Below are positions 16,048 to 20,000 of a stretch of DNA of 20,000 bases, one piece after another (the first letter of the stretch is position 1; every line of letters starts with the position of its first letter). The DNA is from an uncultured virus (IMG/VR IMGVR_UViG_3300027418_000007) (lineage: Duplodnaviria > Heunggongvirae > Uroviricota > Caudoviricetes): the IMG/VR virus record IMGVR_UViG_3300027418_000007; one strand, written 5' to 3'. A program made the position numbers and the translations under genes. Under the pieces are notes generated by a model, which saw only the letters and a list, made by a program, of their open reading frames with translations, did not search any database and had not been told where the DNA came from.

Positions 16048-16196
16048 TTAATTTTGTTGCTGGAACTATCTTTGGTATTATTGCTGCAACGGTTGGATTT
16101 GGTCCAATCGCACAGGCACTTGATGGTGCCATGCTCGGTTTACAGAAACAAACATTACAAATGTCCGCTCCAAAACTTCCTCCTCCTTCACAATGA
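16044..16196 (+). CDS. Small membrane protein (50 aa, not in the track)
   Basis: MINFVAGTIFGIIAATVGFGPIAQALDGAMLGLQKQTLQMSAPKLPPPSQ*; ATGA overlaps at both ends. Confidence 0.65.
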   Translation: MINFVAGTIFGIIAATVGFGPIAQALDGAMLGLQKQTLQMSAPKLPPPSQ

Positions 16197-16618
16197 AAAA
16201 ACTTCTTCTCCTTCTTCCGCTAGTATTTCTGCCCGCACCAGTAATGGCACAACAGGTGAATCAATTTGGTGTCTGTACTCAATATCAGGAAGTTTATGTT
16301 CCTGGTGGTTATGACCAGTACGGAAACTACTATCCGGGTGGAGTTCAGACTCAATCCTATAATGTTCCTTGTAATCAGGTGAGTGGTGGTAACTGGAATC
16401 CCACTTATCAACGTCAGAGAGTTTGTAATCCTGCTGCTGGTGCTGCCGTTGGTTATGGACTAGCGACTGCCCTCTCAGGTCAAACAGGATACAACTACAA
16501 TTCTAACTATACTCGCAACCGCAACTCTGGTAGTTACAACTATTCTTATGGAAATAAGAGAAGTAATTCGTGGGGTATTTTTGGTGCGGGTATTGGAGCA
16601 CTAATGTTTGGTTGCTGA
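16193..16618 (+). CDS. Secreted/membrane Gly-Tyr-Asn-rich protein with glycine-zipper-like segments
   Basis: Signal peptide MKKLLLLLPLVFLPAPVMA; AAGAAVGYGLA and GIFGAGIGALMFG segments. Confidence 0.75.
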   Translation: MKKLLLLLPLVFLPAPVMAQQVNQFGVCTQYQEVYVPGGYDQYGNYYPGGVQTQSYNVPCNQVSGGNWNPTYQRQRVCNPAAGAAVGYGLATALSGQTGYNYNSNYTRNRNSGSYNYSYGNKRSNSWGIFGAGIGALMFGC

Positions 16619-16620
16619 TT

Positions 16621-16755
16621 ATGACTACTAAAGACAAACTGATTTTCATCTCATCATTCATTTGGTTCTTACATTGGTCATGCACTCTCTCATTGAAATT
16701 AGTGGATACGGTTATCGCAAGCGGACCTGTGAGGATGTTGCCTCTTGGTTTCTGA
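16621..16755 (+). CDS. Small hydrophobic hypothetical protein
   Basis: MTTKDKLIFISSFIWFLHW...; starts 2 nt after the upstream stop and overlaps the next gene. Confidence 0.45.
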   Translation: MTTKDKLIFISSFIWFLHWSCTLSLKLVDTVIASGPVRMLPLGF

Positions 16756-17159
16756 ATAAGTTCCTTCCACGACATAAAATCTATGTTCAGATTGTACATC
16801 GTGGATTGAGGCGTGAAGGTGTTTATGGTTGGTGTGATGTACTGGAAGGAACCTATCGCCCCAGAGACTTCATTATTGAACTGAATACCCATATGTGTGA
16901 AGAGTTGTATATAAAAACTCTTTTACACGAAATGACCCATCTGCGGCAGTGGGTAGTGGGTTCTCTCCGTCAGAAACGCGGAAAAATGTATTATGGTAAA
17001 GATTGTATGGAAGATTACGAATATTGGCATCAAGGGCATGAAATTGAGGCACGGGAGCAAGAAGAAACTCTATATGTTGAGTACTTAATTGATAAACAGG
17101 GTGTGCCAGCCCCCAAAGTGGCACAGTACTTCCCGAACCGCCTGTGTTCTGCCCTATAA
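16680..17159 (+). CDS. HEXXH zinc metallopeptidase-like protein (SprT-like)
   Basis: KTLLHEMTHLRQW and a downstream EIEA motif; start uncertain. Confidence 0.75.
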   Translation: MHSLIEISGYGYRKRTCEDVASWFLNKFLPRHKIYVQIVHRGLRREGVYGWCDVLEGTYRPRDFIIELNTHMCEELYIKTLLHEMTHLRQWVVGSLRQKRGKMYYGKDCMEDYEYWHQGHEIEAREQEETLYVEYLIDKQGVPAPKVAQYFPNRLCSAL

Positions 17160-17160
17160 T
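17102..17160 (+). promoter_or_regulatory. Palindrome/early-promoter cassette with a perfect palindrome
   Basis: TGTGCCA-N10-TGGCACA-N29-TATAAT. Confidence 0.85.
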
Positions 17161-17185
17161 AACAAGGTAATCAAGGAAACCACCA

Positions 17186-17392
17186 GTGACCCTCCCGACC
17201 TACAGCGCAATTCAGTTTAATGCCGAAGCAGAACATAAAGCGGCACTCTATGATGCCTGCCTGCTGATTGTGAATACTTATAATCAATCTGATATGCTTG
17301 ATGGTTATTGTATTGAGAATTACAATGGCAATGTGACTGCATATGACTTTATGAAGTATGCTCGCAACATTCTCAACCAAATTGCTAACTGA
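17186..17392 (+). CDS. Hypothetical protein
   Basis: AAGGA RBS and GTG start after the promoter. Confidence 0.7.
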   Translation: MTLPTYSAIQFNAEAEHKAALYDACLLIVNTYNQSDMLDGYCIENYNGNVTAYDFMKYARNILNQIAN

Positions 17393-17393
17393 A

Positions 17394-17624
17394 ATGACTG
17401 CAACCACACTTTCAAAAGAACTCATCAACGATTTTGTTGATTATGTGATGTCGTTCTATGGTTCTGATGGTATCTATCCTATGGGTGCCAATCGTACTGT
17501 GATTCGTAAGGCAACTAATGACATCATCAAGATTGCCAGAATCAAAGGTGAAAAGTTCTGTGGTGATAGTATTGACCGCGAACTTGTAAGAGACCTTCTC
17601 ATTTCCAAGTACAATCTCAAGTAA
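17394..17624 (+). CDS. Hypothetical protein
   Basis: ATG 17394 directly after the upstream stop. Confidence 0.7.
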   Translation: MTATTLSKELINDFVDYVMSFYGSDGIYPMGANRTVIRKATNDIIKIARIKGEKFCGDSIDRELVRDLLISKYNLK

Positions 17625-17626
17625 TT

Positions 17627-17836
17627 ATGGCACTCTCTAATCAAACAATTAGCAATCTGGCAGATGCTCTGGTTCCTGAAGTGATTGATTACATCTATCT
17701 GGATGAGCGTTGGTGTGAATTTATGCAGGAGGTTGTTCCTGATGCTCTGAAAGACAAACTTGGAGAAATTGATGAGGACTTGCAATTTGACCTTGCTATG
17801 TGTATAATGGACCGTATCTGCCTCAAAAAAGGATGA
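17627..17836 (+). CDS. Hypothetical protein
   Basis: Tightly packed ORF. Confidence 0.7.
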   Translation: MALSNQTISNLADALVPEVIDYIYLDERWCEFMQEVVPDALKDKLGEIDEDLQFDLAMCIMDRICLKKG

Positions 17837-17912
17837 GGAACTTTAAAAAACAGCGGATTCTGCCCGCACAGACCAAGCATAGTACCTAAGGAGTGAAAAT
17901 CGCAAAAAATCA

Positions 17913-17996
17913 GGTTTTGACCCTAGTGTTTGTAAGGGTTCTGGGTGCCTCTCCAAGCACCGACCGCTTCCTATGGTATCCCAGACAGTCAAAACC
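17913..17996. other. Candidate structured element (three-way junction)
   Basis: GGTTTTGAC/GTCAAAACC perfect 9-bp inverted repeat enclosing two inner stems. Confidence 0.4.
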
Positions 17997-18049
17997 AATT
18001 TCCAAACTGGCCCAGCGGCACTGCTGTGGTGCTGGTAATGCCCTATAAT
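17991..18049 (+). promoter_or_regulatory. Palindrome/early-promoter cassette (no canonical -35)
   Basis: AAAACCA-N10-TGGCCCA-N29-TATAAT. Confidence 0.75.
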
Positions 18050-18074
18050 AACAAGGTAATCAACGGAGCACCAG

Positions 18075-18308
18075 ATGCAACTCACTTCCACCACCGGCAC
18101 AATGGTTGTTGACTATTTCCCCGTTGCCGGTGATACACAGTTTATCTACAAGGTTCTCAAGTTTCAGGGTACTGACGTAATGAGCACCAAATGTATCACC
18201 AAAAGTGACTTTGAGCACGAGTGTGATGAGCGTATTGGTCTTGGTTATAAAGTGACCGGATTCAATACTCAACCTGCCAATGTCAATCCTATGATGGGTG
18301 CCTGCTGA
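18075..18308 (+). CDS. Hypothetical protein
   Basis: GGAG RBS; first gene after the promoter. Confidence 0.75.
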   Translation: MQLTSTTGTMVVDYFPVAGDTQFIYKVLKFQGTDVMSTKCITKSDFEHECDERIGLGYKVTGFNTQPANVNPMMGAC

Positions 18309-18457
18309 TGAAAGTTACTTACATTTTTCTTGCGTTTATTGGCATTCTAATGTATAATGCCGCAATTGCCAAACGCGATATAGAACTCTTCAAGGCATAT
18401 GATACTGTATGTGCCTCACTTCCACAACCCCATCCTGATTGTCGTTACTCCAAATGA
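18308..18457 (+). CDS. Small membrane-anchored protein (49 aa, not in the track)
   Basis: MKVTYIFLAFIGILMYNAAIAKRD...HPDCRYSK*; TGATG coupling. Confidence 0.6.
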   Translation: MKVTYIFLAFIGILMYNAAIAKRDIELFKAYDTVCASLPQPHPDCRYSK

Positions 18458-18597
18458 GTGAAGTTCTTTCTCCTCTCTGGTATAGTTATTATGCCATTAT
18501 TCAGCAAGATTCTCCCGAACTGATTGATGAATATATTGAGAGCACTGCCGCAAAACTGGAACTGACGGTTGATTACTTTGTTGCGGAGTTTCTATGA
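18454..18597 (+). CDS. Small hypothetical protein (47 aa, not in the track)
   Basis: MSEVLSPLWYSYY...LELTVDYFVAEFL*; ATGA coupling. Confidence 0.6.
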   Translation: MSEVLSPLWYSYYAIIQQDSPELIDEYIESTAAKLELTVDYFVAEFL

Positions 18598-18764
18598 CTA
18601 ATGAAATGAAGATTCTGCTGGCACTACGTCAGTTGGATAATATTATCAATTTGGTGAAGGGTAATCAATGGGAGATGTTTTTTTCCCACAATCTGATTCC
18701 GGTAAGAATTGAACTTAGCCGCCAGTTGACTTGTCTACAACATTCTGCTAAAATAAAGGAGTAA
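18594..18764 (+). CDS. Small hypothetical protein (56 aa, not in the track)
   Basis: MTNEMKILLALRQLDNI...HSAKIKE*; ATGA coupling. Confidence 0.6.
   Translation: MTNEMKILLALRQLDNIINLVKGNQWEMFFSHNLIPVRIELSRQLTCLQHSAKIKE
18726..18754 (+). promoter_or_regulatory. sigma70-like promoter without the palindrome
   Basis: TTGACT, 17 nt, TAAAAT with an extended TG. Confidence 0.65.
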
Positions 18765-18777
18765 TCAAACAAAAGAA

Positions 18778-19008
18778 ATGAAGTATTTGTATCTGATTGA
18801 TTTTTGGGTTCCTTTTCCAAGTTCGGAATATGGTGGACTAATCAATCTAATTGCCGAAAATGACACCGAAGCATTTAGTATTTTGTCACAAGAAGAATCC
18901 TATGACGAAAGGTATGTGAATCTGATTATGCCAAATGTAGTCAGTGCTCAGAAATTCAAACTCTCGGACGAGTACGAGTCCGGTATTATTGATTCATTTA
19001 CAACCTAA
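18778..19008 (+). CDS. Hypothetical protein
   Basis: AAGGAG upstream; WVPFPSSEYGG motif. Confidence 0.75.
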   Translation: MKYLYLIDFWVPFPSSEYGGLINLIAENDTEAFSILSQEESYDERYVNLIMPNVVSAQKFKLSDEYESGIIDSFTT

Positions 19009-19292
19009 TGATTCCCGAGTTTCCTCATAAGGCACCCACAAAAGAATATTCTTATGAGTACGAACAATTCAATACAAAAATAGTTCGTATTTGGTTGTGC
19101 TGTACTCGTAAGTTTGATTATAATCTGGGTGCTCCTACTAAAACTGTATGGGGATTCTATTCTCCAAAGAAAAGAGTCTATTATGCTCCGGTAAATTCTA
19201 AGACTCCTGGCAAAGAGGTAAATATAGAGAATACTACTTCTTATACTGCTATGCCACTCAAGAAAACTTCTTTGGAGATGTGTTTTGTATGA
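19008..19292 (+). CDS. Hypothetical protein
   Basis: TAATG coupling. Confidence 0.75.
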   Translation: MIPEFPHKAPTKEYSYEYEQFNTKIVRIWLCCTRKFDYNLGAPTKTVWGFYSPKKRVYYAPVNSKTPGKEVNIENTTSYTAMPLKKTSLEMCFV

Positions 19293-19483
19293 TGACATTT
19301 ACCACAGGAATTCAAGTTGAATACAAAAACTGTAATGGGTTTATTGAATTTGTATCCGATGAATATGTCACGGTTTGTATAGAAACCTATGATGATAAGT
19401 TCAGAAGTGTTTGTATGTTAGTTTATCCAAATGAATGGAAAAATATAGAAATTATTGGAGATTATGAAACAGAAGCAAAGTAA
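19289..19483 (+). CDS. Hypothetical protein
   Basis: ATGA coupling. Confidence 0.65.
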   Translation: MMTFTTGIQVEYKNCNGFIEFVSDEYVTVCIETYDDKFRSVCMLVYPNEWKNIEIIGDYETEAK

Positions 19484-19697
19484 TTTATGGAAAATTATTG
19501 CGAAGTCTCTTGGGGAAAAGAGTGGTGATACGGATAAAGAATCGGACCAAATTGCGGTGGTTCGTCTGATTGCGTTTCTTTCCATTTTTATTACAAACTC
19601 ATTTATTGTGTATAATGCTCTTCGTACTCACCATTTTCCTAATTATGAAATACAGCGTTGTCTACCTCAAACCCAAGAAAAAGGGTCAGTTCAGTAA
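19464..19697 (+). CDS. Hypothetical membrane protein
   Basis: GGAG RBS; one hydrophobic segment. Confidence 0.65.
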   Translation: MKQKQSNLWKIIAKSLGEKSGDTDKESDQIAVVRLIAFLSIFITNSFIVYNALRTHHFPNYEIQRCLPQTQEKGSVQ

Positions 19698-19797
19698 ACA
19701 ATCTGCGGTCTTCCTTGATGTTGAGAGTGCCTTTTTCTGGAAGAATATGGTAGAATCTCAGGGATGTAAACAAATAGAAGTATTACCGGTATTTTGA
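19645..19797 (+). CDS. Small hypothetical protein
   Basis: MKYSVVYLKPKKKG...IEVLPVF*. Confidence 0.6.
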   Translation: MKYSVVYLKPKKKGQFSKQSAVFLDVESAFFWKNMVESQGCKQIEVLPVF

Positions 19798-19798
19798 T

Positions 19799-20000
19799 AT
19801 GACATTCTCTAAACCAGTATTAGCAACAGATAAAAAGAAAACTACCTTGAATTGGTGGGAGTATTGGATTGGTCACTGCTGGATGACTGGATGGCAGAGC
19901 ATTCGTGGAGCATTTCGTATCTGGGCAGACCTGATGGGTAGTAACTATGCGGATTATGCTTTGCCCAGAACCGTAGAAGACCCAGAACAAGAATGTATTG
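19799..20000 (+). CDS. Hypothetical Trp-rich protein, 3' truncated by the window edge
   Basis: MTFSKPVLATDKKKTTLNWWEYWIGHCWMTGW... is open to the end of the window. Confidence 0.65.
   Translation, partial: MTFSKPVLATDKKKTTLNWWEYWIGHCWMTGWQSIRGAFRIWADLMGSNYADYALPRTVEDPEQECI

Noticed and set aside
16054..16314. Plus-strand track ORF of 86 aa (likewise 5521-5802)
   Set aside because: Alternative-frame overlaps. ORFs 16044-16196 and 16193-16618 tile the region with ATGA coupling, and 5521-5802 is nested inside 4974-6032.
17913..17996. Hammerhead ribozyme or tRNA
   Set aside because: No CUGANGA/GAAA core on either strand, and no T-loop (TTCGA) or cloverleaf.
2852..18049. CRISPR array interpretation of the recurring AACTGGCACA repeats
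   Set aside because: Copies are hundreds to thousands of bp apart, separated by whole genes and tied to -10 boxes. There are no regular spacers and no cas genes.
786..19298. Minus-strand ORFs in the track (e.g. 5511-6065, 6689-7255, 16503-16892)
   Set aside because: They are shadows of well-supported plus-strand genes, with no recognisable motifs. All promoters point in the + direction.

Overview
This window looks like a T4-like cyanophage (Kyanoviridae-type myovirus) genome segment. All convincing genes are on the + strand. It begins with the end of a late structural block: a baseplate/short-fibre C-terminus and a 650-aa tail fibre. It then enters a dense early/accessory region with an SF2 helicase, a metallophosphoesterase, CP12, a Dam methylase, a putative restriction endonuclease-methyltransferase pair, an HEXXH metallopeptidase-like gene, three homing endonuclease genes and about 40 small hypothetical ORFs. 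Two of the homing endonucleases are GIY-YIG-like (one frameshifted) and one is NUMOD4-HNH. The most striking non-coding signal is a dispersed ~59-bp cassette found in about 10 copies. It consists of an imperfect palindrome (..CA-N10-TGGCACA) placed 28-29 nt upstream of a sigma70 -10 box. Near-identical pairs of cassettes bracket gene modules, including the R-M pair, and the upstream gene often stops inside the cassette. Each homing endonuclease has its own T4 late promoter (TATAAATA). Two intergenic stretches may encode structured RNAs. Functional calls come from motif recognition by eye; no database searches were run.
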